Virus record (IMG/VR): IMGVR_UViG_3300042673_002246
Length of the DNA stretch: 64,000 nucleotides
DNA from: a virus
Reading direction: 5' to 3' (one strand)
A program made the position numbers and the translations under genes. The notes below the pieces were generated by a model. That model saw nothing but the letters and a program-made list of their open reading frames with translations. It searched no databases and had not been told where the DNA came from. Shown one piece after another: positions 9,921 to 20,302 of the stretch (positions within the stretch are counted from its first letter, which is position 1; each line of letters begins with the position of its first letter).

Positions 9921-11384
9921 ATGCCAGCAGATTTTTCAGAATACGTCAACCTCACAATTTTTGACAAGGAACCAGGCGACATTTATCGCGACTCGATTGA
10001 GTTGGCTCGACTCAGCTTGCCTGAATTCAATCTCCGTACTGGTTCTCCAGAAGACGCGATTTTTCAGGCAATGGCATATGTAAGTGCGTTGAATATTGCT
10101 GCAATAAACAGACTTCCAAATAGGCTTATGGCAGGAATTGTGGGAATGCTCGGATTTATTCGCCAGGAGGCTATTCCAGCAGAGATTGATGTCACCATCA
10201 CGCTCAACACATATGATGGCGGAACAATACCTGCTGGAACGGTTTTCAGCTTTGAAGCGTTGTTTGAAGATGAATTACAGGAATTTCCATTTCAGACAAC
10301 ATCTGCACTGGAACTGGAACCGACTGATTTGGAGATATCTGTAGATTATCCGAGCGCATCAGCAACCATTGTGTGTTTAACGCCAGGAATTATTCCACCA
10401 ATAGATGATGGAGCTCAGTTAAAAATACTTTCTTCTGGAACACAAATCCAAACAGTAACGGTTAGAACGCCTTCAAATTTTGCAAATGGAATTAACTCAG
10501 ACTCAGATACAGACTACCTATCACGAGCTACAACTTATTTGCGTTCTCTTACTTCGTCCCTCACAAGAGCAACACAAGTCGACTCATATGTTCTTTCTGA
10601 ATACCCAGACGTTATAAGTCGTGTCAAAACATATGACTTGACTAATGGCGATGATACAAGCGGCGACATAACTGTAAAAAGACAAGCCGGAGTCATAAAA
10701 ACATTCTTGGATAATAACCTGGCAACAATTCAGACAGCAGCACCACACCTATTCATAACTGGTGACACAATTGAATTAGAGGTTTTTGACCCTTCGGTAA
10801 GTGCAACATTTAATGGCTTGCATGAAATAACTGCTACCGGTTCAGATACGGTTAATTTCGTCAAAGTAGCAACAAACTCAGCAAGCACCACAGTTACTGC
10901 TTCTGCTTACGCTGGTCAGGATGTGTCTGGTTTCGTAACTGTTTTTGGATATGGCCTAAACACTTATTTAACATCAATTGAAAAAACAAACGTTGTTGCT
11001 GACATTCGCGCAAAATCAGTTGCTGGATTAACTTTTGAAATGTTAGACCCAGAAATTTGCACATTAGAAATTTCTGGAGAAGTTGTGATAAGTGAATCGT
11101 ATGATGCTGCATCCGTGGAGGGTGCCGTACTTAATGCGTTGGTCGACTTCATAAGTCCGGCAAAATATCCATACACCCAAGATAGAGTGAGACAGACACA
11201 GCTAATATCACTTATAAGCAATGTCCCTGGTGTGGTTTTTGTTGAATCACTCACGCTCTCTCCAACTGGTTCCGGTTGGTTGCCACAACTGGGCAACGAC
11301 TTGCTATTTCATAAAAAAGGCTCATTGCCAATAATTGCAGTTGAAGACATTGACCTTACGTTTACGGTATTGGAAATAAGTTAA
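9921..11384 (+). CDS. Baseplate J-like protein
   Basis: Motifs GTIPAGTVF, NGINSDSDTDYLSR, ISNVPGVVFV. Start placed at ATG 9921 (MPADF). Confidence 0.8.
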   Translation: MPADFSEYVNLTIFDKEPGDIYRDSIELARLSLPEFNLRTGSPEDAIFQAMAYVSALNIAAINRLPNRLMAGIVGMLGFIRQEAIPAEIDVTITLNTYDGGTIPAGTVFSFEALFEDELQEFPFQTTSALELEPTDLEISVDYPSASATIVCLTPGIIPPIDDGAQLKILSSGTQIQTVTVRTPSNFANGINSDSDTDYLSRATTYLRSLTSSLTRATQVDSYVLSEYPDVISRVKTYDLTNGDDTSGDITVKRQAGVIKTFLDNNLATIQTAAPHLFITGDTIELEVFDPSVSATFNGLHEITATGSDTVNFVKVATNSASTTVTASAYAGQDVSGFVTVFGYGLNTYLTSIEKTNVVADIRAKSVAGLTFEMLDPEICTLEISGEVVISESYDAASVEGAVLNALVDFISPAKYPYTQDRVRQTQLISLISNVPGVVFVESLTLSPTGSGWLPQLGNDLLFHKKGSLPIIAVEDIDLTFTVLEIS

Positions 11385-11386
11385 CA

Positions 11387-12598
11387 ATGGCTACAACACG
11401 TAACCTTTTGCCATACGATAGTGCGCTGCTTCGAGTAAATGATAGTGGACAAATTGTTGAACTCGGCGCATATTCAAACGATTGGGAATCAACTAACTCG
11501 GAATTAACAATAGTTTCAACTAACTTTTTGGTTGATACTCGTTACGTTCTGCAATTAAACCCATCATCTACTGGTGAAATATTAGTAACACTAGAAGATG
11601 TTCCATTATATCTCGAAGACAATGGACGAATTCTTTCCTTTAATATGCGAATCAAAGCGCTGTCTTCTGTCGATTTATCAACAATGATTTATCTTGATGG
11701 TTCATCAACTGGAATTGAAGGAAATATTCAGTCATTTAGCAGCGGTGAATACAACGCTATTCAGTCAAATAGAATAACCGTTCCGGATGATTCAGAGCTT
11801 CACACCTTAAGTGTAAGAATATCTATCACTGGACATAATGCGTCAAACATATGGTTGACATGTCCACACCTAATTCACGACCTGGATTTCTACTCTAATG
11901 ATTTCGTATCTGGAATACGAAATTTTCTACCTGATTTTTACTGGGAACTTGACTCATCTCAGTCATATCCGACTTATCCTTTTTTTAGACTTATTGACGT
12001 GCTTACATCTGCTGCTGGTGACACAAAATCTGAATACGAAGAGATGTACGGTCTTGAGGCCGAAGAGCTGGTAACACAGGACGAGGGAATTCTCAGTTGG
12101 GTTCAGAGTTCGCTTGTTTCTCCATCAGCGGCTCGAGACGCGTATTTGAGTTGGCTGGCTCAATTCAATGGGGAAAGAATCCATCGTAACTTTCAGTTAT
12201 CTGATGGGACTCTTTATTTCAATAACGCCGGTCTTCAGCGAGACTTTGTGGAGTGGCAGCTCTATGGGAGCCATTATGGAAGAGGTGCTGGGACAAGACA
12301 TGCAATGATTGAATCTGCAAAACAGATGACAATCAGGACAAAAGATGGAGAGGCTTCCACACAGTCTGTTTCGTTGACGCCATATTTCGGTGGAGACCCT
12401 TTTGCGATTCGCATTCAGACGCTAACAAACGAAACAATTGATGCAAATGTCGGTGAATCAAGCGATGCCATACTCCAATCAGTGAATATGGCTAGACCTA
12501 TGGGATACGTGGTTACTCACCAAACTATTGACGAATTCTTCTTAACACTTGATGACGTCACGTATGGTTTGCTTGATGGAAGCATCTCGTTCGGGTGA
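11387..12598 (+). CDS. Baseplate wedge / tail protein I-like
   Basis: Follows J; motifs FLPDFY, YLSWLAQFNG, GAGT, RPMG. Confidence 0.6.
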   Translation: MATTRNLLPYDSALLRVNDSGQIVELGAYSNDWESTNSELTIVSTNFLVDTRYVLQLNPSSTGEILVTLEDVPLYLEDNGRILSFNMRIKALSSVDLSTMIYLDGSSTGIEGNIQSFSSGEYNAIQSNRITVPDDSELHTLSVRISITGHNASNIWLTCPHLIHDLDFYSNDFVSGIRNFLPDFYWELDSSQSYPTYPFFRLIDVLTSAAGDTKSEYEEMYGLEAEELVTQDEGILSWVQSSLVSPSAARDAYLSWLAQFNGERIHRNFQLSDGTLYFNNAGLQRDFVEWQLYGSHYGRGAGTRHAMIESAKQMTIRTKDGEASTQSVSLTPYFGGDPFAIRIQTLTNETIDANVGESSDAILQSVNMARPMGYVVTHQTIDEFFLTLDDVTYGLLDGSISFG

Positions 12599-12651
12599 CC
12601 AGTATGAAACATAATGCTAAAATAAAACACAATAATTTAGGAGATTTCTAA

Positions 12652-13674
12652 ATGGCCGGTACAGGTGTAAGACTATTTCTATCTGGTGATACTGCATATG
12701 CAGCAGACATAAACACGTATCTCATGGACCAGGTGGTTGCGCGTTTCGCGACCACAGCAGCGCGCGATGCGGCGTTTGGCGACGGAATTCCCGTATCCCA
12801 AGGAGGAAGCGGCAAGCCAGCGCTGTCCGAAGGCCGCATTTGTTATATCGATGAATTGAACTTAATTCAATATTACAACGGCGCTTCGTGGCAGGACTCA
12901 GCGCAATTTACGGTTGGAGATGGTGCAATCACCACGCAAAAGCTAGCTGCCAACTCTGTAACATCTGACAAAATTGCCCCAGGCACGGTAATAGCAGCAG
13001 ATATTGCTGCTGGGACAATTACCGCAACAGAACTAGCAGATGGTGCTGTTACATCAGGAAAGATTCTTGACGGAACGATTGTCAACGCTGATATAAACAC
13101 TTCGGCGGCAATTGCATACAGCAAGTTGAACCTAGCAACATCTATCGTTAATGCTGATATAAATGCTTCTGCTGCGATAGATAAAACCAAAATATCTGGA
13201 ACAGCTGTGACCCTGGCTGACACTGGAGTGATTACCAGTGCGATGATTGAAAACGATTCGATTGTCAATGCCGACATCAAGAGTAACGCAGCAATTGCTT
13301 ATAGCAAATTGAGTCTGTCTGGTTCGATTACGACAACAGATTTAGCTACTGGTGCAGCTCGCTCTGGGTTTAGGTCACCGATTGTTGCTCAGCAAGGTGC
13401 GACACACACAATTGCGGCTTCCGATGTTGGTGGTTTAGTGGTGCTTTCGTCTTGTACTTCGGTTGTCATACCAACCTCTGATGCAACATTTACAGTTGGG
13501 GACAGAATAGATTTTCTTCAAACAGGCACACAAGTAGTTACATTTAGCGCCACATCCCCACAAACCGTTGGCGGGTTTGACGCTCAATTAAAACTTGGAG
13601 GACAGTTCGCAGTTGCAACACTTGTAAAGTATGCAGCAAATACATGGGTTCTAGTTGGAAATATAACGAGTTAA
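12652..13674 (+). CDS. Tail fibre protein with shared C-terminal domain (cassette 1 fibre)
   Basis: Actinophage-type N-terminus (AADINTYLMDQ...FATTAARD), IxxADI repeats, C-terminus ATLVKYAANTWVLVGN. Confidence 0.7.
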   Translation: MAGTGVRLFLSGDTAYAADINTYLMDQVVARFATTAARDAAFGDGIPVSQGGSGKPALSEGRICYIDELNLIQYYNGASWQDSAQFTVGDGAITTQKLAANSVTSDKIAPGTVIAADIAAGTITATELADGAVTSGKILDGTIVNADINTSAAIAYSKLNLATSIVNADINASAAIDKTKISGTAVTLADTGVITSAMIENDSIVNADIKSNAAIAYSKLSLSGSITTTDLATGAARSGFRSPIVAQQGATHTIAASDVGGLVVLSSCTSVVIPTSDATFTVGDRIDFLQTGTQVVTFSATSPQTVGGFDAQLKLGGQFAVATLVKYAANTWVLVGNITS

Positions 13675-13675
13675 C

Positions 13676-14776
13676 ATGATTCCTGGAATAGTTGAGGCAG
13701 GTGGGGGCAGAATCCTCCCAACAACGTCTGACGATTTTAATCGCGCAAACAGCACAGACATTACTGCTGCTGGAAAAAAATGGACAGAGACAAGTGGTGA
13801 CTGGGCAATCACCAGTAACCAACTGACCACCTCAACCGCCGCAGCTAGCTACCCGATAGCCACATTGCGAACTAATACAAAAAACGCAACAGTTAAAGTT
13901 GACAGAGCAAACGGGGATGGATGGGGTGCTGCATTCTGGGTGGTGGACCAAAACAACTGGTTTGCCGCCAACACGGAGATGACGCAATCAAGTGTTCAAA
14001 ACCCTGCTACTAGCGGCAGCTATGAACAGCAAACATTTACCGGAAACACGTGTAGCGGTGGGAAAATATATAACGGCGACAGTTCGTTCCCCCCGTTTGG
14101 TGGAACTTGCTACGACGTAGTTTGTATTAGTTACTCTGGGGGAACACCTGCAACGTATGAATATCGAACACCATCAGGACTGTCTTGCTATCAGGATGGA
14201 ATCCATTGTGGTGGTGGTTATGTTCTCTATGGCTATCAAGCCGGAGACGAATACCTCTGCGGTGGAACGTGTTGCTGCTCACTCGTAATGACAGACCCAG
14301 GAACGCCAGGGACATGCAATGAATATCAAATTCAAAACTGTTGTATATATCTTGATGCAACTGACCCTGGTTGCCCTGGTGCCTGCAATGGACAAAGCCC
14401 AAGACCGCAGTACACGACCACGACGGTATACTACACAAATCCTGAAACAAGAACCTGGACATACTCGCAAAAAGCAATAATAAGAAAAGCCGTTGCTGGA
14501 ACGGTTTCGATTGTTGCAAATACGAACACAGTCACATCTACCGAGACGGTTGCCGCGGCTGGGGCTGCTGGTAACCCAACAAGACCAACTTCACTAACCG
14601 TAACACTAGTCGGTGAAAGTATATCAATTTCAGCACCAGGGGCAGCAGGCGGAACAATAACAGGAAGCCATACCGCAACGGGGGCCAATAGAGGCAAAAA
14701 ACATGGCGTTTCTATTGCTCCAGCGACAGTCTCTCAGTCAAATGCTGTCGACAACTTTGTGTATACTAAACCGTAA
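13676..14776 (+). CDS. Putative fibre tip protein, beta-sandwich with Cys-rich insertion
   Basis: Starts MIPG; SDDFNRAN...DNF frame; 14 Cys concentrated in the central ~120 aa. Confidence 0.55.
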   Translation: MIPGIVEAGGGRILPTTSDDFNRANSTDITAAGKKWTETSGDWAITSNQLTTSTAAASYPIATLRTNTKNATVKVDRANGDGWGAAFWVVDQNNWFAANTEMTQSSVQNPATSGSYEQQTFTGNTCSGGKIYNGDSSFPPFGGTCYDVVCISYSGGTPATYEYRTPSGLSCYQDGIHCGGGYVLYGYQAGDEYLCGGTCCCSLVMTDPGTPGTCNEYQIQNCCIYLDATDPGCPGACNGQSPRPQYTTTTVYYTNPETRTWTYSQKAIIRKAVAGTVSIVANTNTVTSTETVAAAGAAGNPTRPTSLTVTLVGESISISAPGAAGGTITGSHTATGANRGKKHGVSIAPATVSQSNAVDNFVYTKP

Positions 14777-14934
14777 TGAGCGACACAGCAGTTAATTACG
14801 GGGAAGAGCGATTGAAGATATGCTTGGGGTGCCCGCGTTTATTCAGGCCGACAATGACCTGTAAGGAATGTGGTTGCTTCATGAAAGTAAAAACGAGACT
14901 TAAAACGGCAAAGTGCCCAATAGGAAAGTGGTAA
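14776..14934 (+). CDS. Small CxxC...CxxCGC...CPxxKW protein (DUF6171-like), 52 aa
   Basis: Manually translated: MSDTAVNYGEERLKICLGCPRLFRPTMTCKECGCFMKVKTRLKTAKCPIGKW. TAATG overlap with the upstream gene; paralogue at 38589-38816. Confidence 0.85.
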   Translation: MSDTAVNYGEERLKICLGCPRLFRPTMTCKECGCFMKVKTRLKTAKCPIGKW

Positions 14935-14938
14935 AAAC

Positions 14939-15271
14939 ATGGCTTTTACAATAATCACAACAACAAATGGTCCAGTGGTTAAGAGTGGTACGAATCACTA
15001 CACGCTCCACGATATTGCTGCATGTATTGATATTGCTGAAACAAACGCAACTTTTGTTGACGAAATGGGCACTCACATTGCCAATGAGTTGATGGCCGCA
15101 GCCACGGAATGGACGGAAGCATTTGTCGGCGGACTGCAACCATCACAGAACAAAGTTGTTTACTACATGAACTCTGGGGCGCATTTCAAAATGTTTGTCC
15201 AGCAGTATGATATGTACAAGCGGAACATGGAAAATCCACCGCCTGCGAGCGCCTCGGTTGTCGTTGAGTAA
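14939..15271 (+). CDS. Hypothetical protein
   Basis: 110-aa ORF tightly packed in the operon. Confidence 0.6.
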   Translation: MAFTIITTTNGPVVKSGTNHYTLHDIAACIDIAETNATFVDEMGTHIANELMAAATEWTEAFVGGLQPSQNKVVYYMNSGAHFKMFVQQYDMYKRNMENPPPASASVVVE

Positions 15272-16319
15272 AGCAGTCCAATTTCCTCCATTTTTTGGGA
15301 GCACGCCAAAAATTGGTAAATCAGAAGTACTAGAAATTGATTCAATTAATGACGTTCATCTTGGCGGCGGTGTTGTCTGTTTCAGAAATGCATTTAATCC
15401 GAACAAAGAACTCATTATGCCATGGGCTGACAGAAATGCACAGCTGGCGCATGAGCAAAGATGGAAATATCACACCGACAGCTCCGGTCAGAAATATGCG
15501 GTAAACGAGGACGGCAATAAATTCTCAATTGAACAGATAGAGGAAGTTCCAATTCGTGTTCTTCAGCCGGTACAGCAAGGCACCGAGCCGGAAGTTGTTG
15601 AGATATTCCAGAACTGGGAAGACCAAATTTATAAGTGCTTAATTAAGTACATTCACAGATTCCCATTTGCTCTCGGAACAATATGGTGGAGGAGCAGGGG
15701 GCACCTTCTGCGATACGACGAGGGTGATTATTTGGGAATCCATAACGATAATGACTCAAACTATAGGGCCACAAACGGTGAAAGATTTGTCCCCAAGGGG
15801 CAGGTGCAGATGCGTCAAGTTGTTGCCGTAATGGCATACATCAATGACTGCGTATCGAGCACATCCGAATTGGATGGAACAAACTACATAGGCGGGGAGT
15901 TGTTTTTTCCATACCTTGATATTGAGCACCAAGCAAAATCCGGAGATATAGTAATTTTTCCTTGCAACTTTATGGCCACCCATGGCGTCCACACTGTTAC
16001 GCATGGGAAACGATACGGGTATCTAGAGTTCTTTTCACAAGGTTCATCACATGATGACGTCTTAATAAATGTGTCGGAGCCAGATGCTGTTGATGACTGG
16101 TGTCGTCCGCATTGGATTGACTCCCTGTATGACGATTACTCCCTCTATGCAAAACACTCAGATTACGGTCAATCGGATTTTGATGAAGCAAGAACAAATC
16201 CTGTTTATCAGAATCGGGCGCTTGAGGGGGAAAACGGTTTATCTCGGCCGTATTACGCGAGCGATGTAATAAAAGAAACAGAAAACAGGGGTAAAGTTTA
16301 CCCCGACCAACTTATATAA
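15264..16319 (+). CDS. 2OG-Fe(II) oxygenase (P4H-like)
   Basis: HNDND...GGELFFP...HGVHTVTHGKRY. Start uncertain (TTG 15264 vs ORF-track 15195). Confidence 0.85.
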   Translation: MSKAVQFPPFFGSTPKIGKSEVLEIDSINDVHLGGGVVCFRNAFNPNKELIMPWADRNAQLAHEQRWKYHTDSSGQKYAVNEDGNKFSIEQIEEVPIRVLQPVQQGTEPEVVEIFQNWEDQIYKCLIKYIHRFPFALGTIWWRSRGHLLRYDEGDYLGIHNDNDSNYRATNGERFVPKGQVQMRQVVAVMAYINDCVSSTSELDGTNYIGGELFFPYLDIEHQAKSGDIVIFPCNFMATHGVHTVTHGKRYGYLEFFSQGSSHDDVLINVSEPDAVDDWCRPHWIDSLYDDYSLYAKHSDYGQSDFDEARTNPVYQNRALEGENGLSRPYYASDVIKETENRGKVYPDQLI

Positions 16320-16340
16320 GCAGTCCCTGAAGCACCATAT

Positions 16341-17171
16341 TCATCTCGGTTCCTGCCAAGATGGATAGTCACCTCTTGGCTTATCAAGTGAATTGTTCAT
16401 TGTTAAGTGTTTTCCAAAAGTATTGATTCCATGTATGAATCCCAAATGCTCTGGAAATTTTAAATCGATGCATATGTCTCTCAGTTTTCCGTCGCGAATC
16501 TGTTCCCAAATATAAACCATCGTTTCAGAGCCAGTTCTTCCATCCACGTAGAATTTTTCTGCTATTAGGTTTAGCATTTCATCTTCCCATTTGGGATTTT
16601 TTGGTGTTATTTTGTCTTGAAACAGATGCTCTTTTGGCGGCGACATACTGCCAGACGCAATGAGCCGATTTACGTATTTTGCTGGAGCGGCAGATACGTG
16701 GACATCAAAAAGCCCGCCCGACAACAATGCCGCTGCTTCCCGTGCTGATGGTCCTGAAAGAATCATGAGTCGATGCTTTTTATCAGTTAAAGCTTCATCT
16801 TCAATGGGGTACCCCCTAATTGCTCCCTCACAGTAGTTATCTGTTAGGCCAGAAACGATGGTCCTCCACTGGTGTTCTTCCTCGTCTCCATTCAAAGAAT
16901 TTAAGTCAATATACAAACCTTTGTATTTGTTTATTAATACATTTCTTGGTGTTTCCATGGCTGCATCATTTGTGCCTATGCAGATAATCGCCCCACACTC
17001 ATCAGCAAGCTTCTCCAAAGTGAATAAATTATTTATTCCGCAATCCGATGCTCTGTGTATAGTCTCCATTGACCTATCCATCGATGCGAAAAATACAGAA
17101 TGTCCTGCTAATTGCAATGACTTTGCGATTGTTGCACCCATTTTCCCGGGAGAATTAATTCCAATTTTCAT
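16341..17171 (-). CDS. NAD(P)-binding Rossmann oxidoreductase (6PGD/3-hydroxyacid dehydrogenase-like N-terminus)
   Basis: MKIGINSPGKMGATIA...YIDLNS. Confidence 0.65.
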   Translation of the reverse strand: MKIGINSPGKMGATIAKSLQLAGHSVFFASMDRSMETIHRASDCGINNLFTLEKLADECGAIICIGTNDAAMETPRNVLINKYKGLYIDLNSLNGDEEEHQWRTIVSGLTDNYCEGAIRGYPIEDEALTDKKHRLMILSGPSAREAAALLSGGLFDVHVSAAPAKYVNRLIASGSMSPPKEHLFQDKITPKNPKWEDEMLNLIAEKFYVDGRTGSETMVYIWEQIRDGKLRDICIDLKFPEHLGFIHGINTFGKHLTMNNSLDKPRGDYPSWQEPR

Positions 17172-17180
17172 TGATACGCC

Positions 17181-17957
17181 TCACTTTATTGGACCAACAG
17201 GAACAAACTGTTGGACCGAATTTGCTGAATGACTAGTAATAAAATCAAGATGATACGAAAAGTTCTGCAATTCTTGTCTTTTATGTTCTGCCGGTGGGCT
17301 TATATCGAGAACGCCGTGGCAGAACCAGGAAAGATAAGCAAATCTCTCTCCCGTTTCTATTGGTGTTATCTCATGGCAACCAGAAAAGTTAGAAGGGTAC
17401 ACAACGATTGAACCAAACTTGGGGAATACGGTTATGCCCCATGGGCGGAAACTTAGATTTCCACCTGTGTATTTATCGTTTAGGAAAATGCTACACGTAA
17501 GAGTATTTGCTATTGGTGCCAATGAGATTGGAGTCAAACCATCATCTGCGTATGGGAGATTTGCGTCGGAATGTGGTCCTATCATTTGTCCCGGAAGATA
17601 CCTAATTACATGACCCCTGGTCCGCCATTTTACGGCACCTGCGGCAGATGGGAATATCTCCAAGTACTTACTGACACAGTTGGTTCCGGAGTCCTCCAAA
17701 TCGCTCAAGGTTTGAAAATCTTTTTTTTCTATTCCCAAATGATTTACATTTAAGTATCTATGTGGGGCAATCTTTGCTTGTTCTAAATTGTGGTTATACC
17801 CACCAGAATTTTTTAAATTCTCATTACCCAAATTTGAGTAACCCTCATGGTTGGTGGACAGGAGGAGGTTTTCAAGATACTTATCGACATCTTGTTGTGT
17901 TGACTTTATTGCATTGTCAAACTGAACAATTCCATTTCCTAGATGCGTTATGTTCAT
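17181..17957 (-). CDS. 2OG-Fe(II) oxygenase (P4H-like)
   Basis: HSDAN...YTGGNLSF...HEITPIETGERF. Confidence 0.85.
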   Translation of the reverse strand: MNITHLGNGIVQFDNAIKSTQQDVDKYLENLLLSTNHEGYSNLGNENLKNSGGYNHNLEQAKIAPHRYLNVNHLGIEKKDFQTLSDLEDSGTNCVSKYLEIFPSAAGAVKWRTRGHVIRYLPGQMIGPHSDANLPYADDGLTPISLAPIANTLTCSIFLNDKYTGGNLSFRPWGITVFPKFGSIVVYPSNFSGCHEITPIETGERFAYLSWFCHGVLDISPPAEHKRQELQNFSYHLDFITSHSANSVQQFVPVGPIK

Positions 17958-18865
17958 TAAAAACCGTCCGAAACCAGAGACATGGCATAGAAGTGTTTAT
18001 CTGGCCCACAATTTTGTATGTATTCTCTAAAGTCTTTGCGCAAGTTGGGTAGGTAAACGTTTGTAGAAACCTTTGCAATTTCTGGTTCCTTAACAGGGTC
18101 TGCGATGTGCTCGTGATATTCGCTATTTGGGCTTCCGTGTGAATACCAACCCAAATATGAATATCTCTCCCCCCTGGAAACTGGAAGCACTTCATGTGAT
18201 GCTATGTAATTTGATGGGAACATTAGTATGTCCCCCTTTCGTGGTTTGTAATTTATATTTAGTTCGTTAAAGAAATGGTGTCCTCCAGCAAATGAATTTA
18301 CAGCATCATCGCCAGATTCATCGCAATCGTTAATGTAGACAATGCAGGATAGTGTATTTCTTGTTGCTAGCTGGTCGGATGGGTGTTCGTATCCATAGAC
18401 GTAGTCGGCGCTTGTGTCTGAATGGACGCCAAGGTATTGGCGATTACCCACAACTCCAGATGGTGGAGATGAATACCTAACGATATGCCCCTTAACCTTC
18501 CACCAAATATTTTTGTAAGAAAGGGGATATCTGAGCATGTATTTGAGCAAATACCTATCTTTCGAGTCCTCCCAAAACTCAAGCATTTCCCTAAACTTAT
18601 CTGAACATTGCTGATGGGCGGACGAACACCTACTTGGCATCGATGCAAATGTGTCGTAATCAAAAATGTAGCCGCTCATATTTACTAGCGCTTTTTCGCC
18701 AGTTTCGGGATGAATTGTTTCGGTGTACATAGCGGAGGCGTCTCTGTCGACAAGCTCCCTACAGGAATTAATAGCAAATTCCCAGTCAAAGTCGATAGCC
18801 GACGGAAACAGACAAACACCAGCACCAAGTTCCATCATTTCTACGTCATTAAACTTATTAACCAT
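17957..18865 (-). CDS. 2OG-Fe(II) oxygenase (P4H-like)
   Basis: HSDTS...FAGGHHFF...HEVLPVSRGERY. Start probably ATG 18865. Confidence 0.85.
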   Translation of the reverse strand: MVNKFNDVEMMELGAGVCLFPSAIDFDWEFAINSCRELVDRDASAMYTETIHPETGEKALVNMSGYIFDYDTFASMPSRCSSAHQQCSDKFREMLEFWEDSKDRYLLKYMLRYPLSYKNIWWKVKGHIVRYSSPPSGVVGNRQYLGVHSDTSADYVYGYEHPSDQLATRNTLSCIVYINDCDESGDDAVNSFAGGHHFFNELNINYKPRKGDILMFPSNYIASHEVLPVSRGERYSYLGWYSHGSPNSEYHEHIADPVKEPEIAKVSTNVYLPNLRKDFREYIQNCGPDKHFYAMSLVSDGF

Positions 18866-19691
18866 GGTCATTGCTCCGAGACCTGTGCGCTGCTGCTCTT
18901 GCTGGTGGCATTCCGGAATACTTGCCGTTGATGTATTCATCATAGTCTTCAGTGATTGAGCTCAACCAAACTTGTCCACCTGTGTCTGAAATCTCCAACT
19001 GTGGGTTTATCCCTTTTTCTTGAGATTCTGAGCCCTGGGCAAACCAGGCAAGGTACGTGAGTCTTTCTCCACTTGTGATAGTGGATATCTCATGGGCGGC
19101 TACGTAATTAGCCGGAAACAAAAGTATGTTTCCTTTTTGCGGTTTGATTGCAACGTCTGCATACGGAAATAACATTTCACCGCCACAAAACGCTCCTGGC
19201 GCTGGGGTTTCCGACCAGTCGTTAATGAAAACTATTGCACTCAGAACGTTTCTAGTTGCGTGTTCCTTGCTGGGCATTTTTCCATATCTGTAGTTCACAT
19301 CATTATCCGAATGAAGCCCCAGTGAACCACCGGTTGAATAAGAGAGGATATGTCCAGAAGTTCTCCACCACAGGCAGCTAAGGATTGCTGGAAACATTTC
19401 AATGTACTGCAAAAGACAGGAATATATCGCTGGCTCAAATTCGTTGTATATTTCGCTACCCAACCCTTGTAGTCTGAGTGGAGCTTTTGCCATGTCCTGC
19501 AGGCTATAAATAAAACCGCCCTGATTTAGCGCGTGGATTGGATTTCCGTTTTCATCTAGGACAACGGTAAAATTTTCTTCTATTGCCTTTTGCTTCAACT
19601 TCTCTATCTTGTCTGAAAATTTACTGAATTCGATGTTCGCAGCGGCCACAAACTCGATTATTCCATGACCATGATTTATCACGGAGCTCAT
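18858..19691 (-). CDS. 2OG-Fe(II) oxygenase (P4H-like)
   Basis: HSDND...GGEMLFP...HEISTITSGERL. Confidence 0.85.
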   Translation of the reverse strand: MSSVINHGHGIIEFVAAANIEFSKFSDKIEKLKQKAIEENFTVVLDENGNPIHALNQGGFIYSLQDMAKAPLRLQGLGSEIYNEFEPAIYSCLLQYIEMFPAILSCLWWRTSGHILSYSTGGSLGLHSDNDVNYRYGKMPSKEHATRNVLSAIVFINDWSETPAPGAFCGGEMLFPYADVAIKPQKGNILLFPANYVAAHEISTITSGERLTYLAWFAQGSESQEKGINPQLEISDTGGQVWLSSITEDYDEYINGKYSGMPPARAAAHRSRSNDHG

Positions 19692-20302
19692 AGCAGGGAC
19701 CTTATGGCTTGTTTTATTGAATTATCCTCCCCGAATAAAGCCTGCTCCGATATCGGTGATTCCGCCCAATTAAATCGACCAACATAAACGCCTTCTCGTG
19801 ATGTTAAGAATTTTTCCCAATTGTTCGGAACCCTCATTGCAACTTCCCCCGCTCTATTTCTTCCAGCAGCCGCAGCGGCACTCAAGTCGGCCATGCTGTC
19901 GTTAAAATTTCTTATTAGCTCTCCATTTAGGAATGAGTAAACGTCATGCCTATTTTGCCCGTTAACGTCTATTTTTTCTGCTATCGGAAATGTAACGTAG
20001 GGATAATTTTTTTTTATATTTTCAAAAATTTCCAAATTGTCGCCATTCTCCATGTTCCCAAATTGGTTGCATGGGTAACCGACGACGCTAAAACCGCTAT
20101 CACAAAATTCTTCATGAAGTTTTTGCAATTCCCAAAAATTTTTAGCTGTTCTTGCATAAGACCATAGACGACTGCACTTTGGCGAGTATCCGGTCTTTGA
20201 TACAACGTTTACATGGAGGAGCACTTTACCCCTTAACTGTCCAAGCAAATTTGGACAGCCATCCAAAGAGCTTATTTCTATATCAAAAATCGATTTACTC
20301 AT
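19688..20302 (-). CDS. Glutathione peroxidase-like protein (atypical active site)
   Basis: GKVLLHVNVVSKTG, GYPCNQFG, KIDVNG, NWEKFL. Start MSKSIFD at 20302. Confidence 0.85.
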   Translation of the reverse strand: MSKSIFDIEISSLDGCPNLLGQLRGKVLLHVNVVSKTGYSPKCSRLWSYARTAKNFWELQKLHEEFCDSGFSVVGYPCNQFGNMENGDNLEIFENIKKNYPYVTFPIAEKIDVNGQNRHDVYSFLNGELIRNFNDSMADLSAAAAAGRNRAGEVAMRVPNNWEKFLTSREGVYVGRFNWAESPISEQALFGEDNSIKQAIRSLL

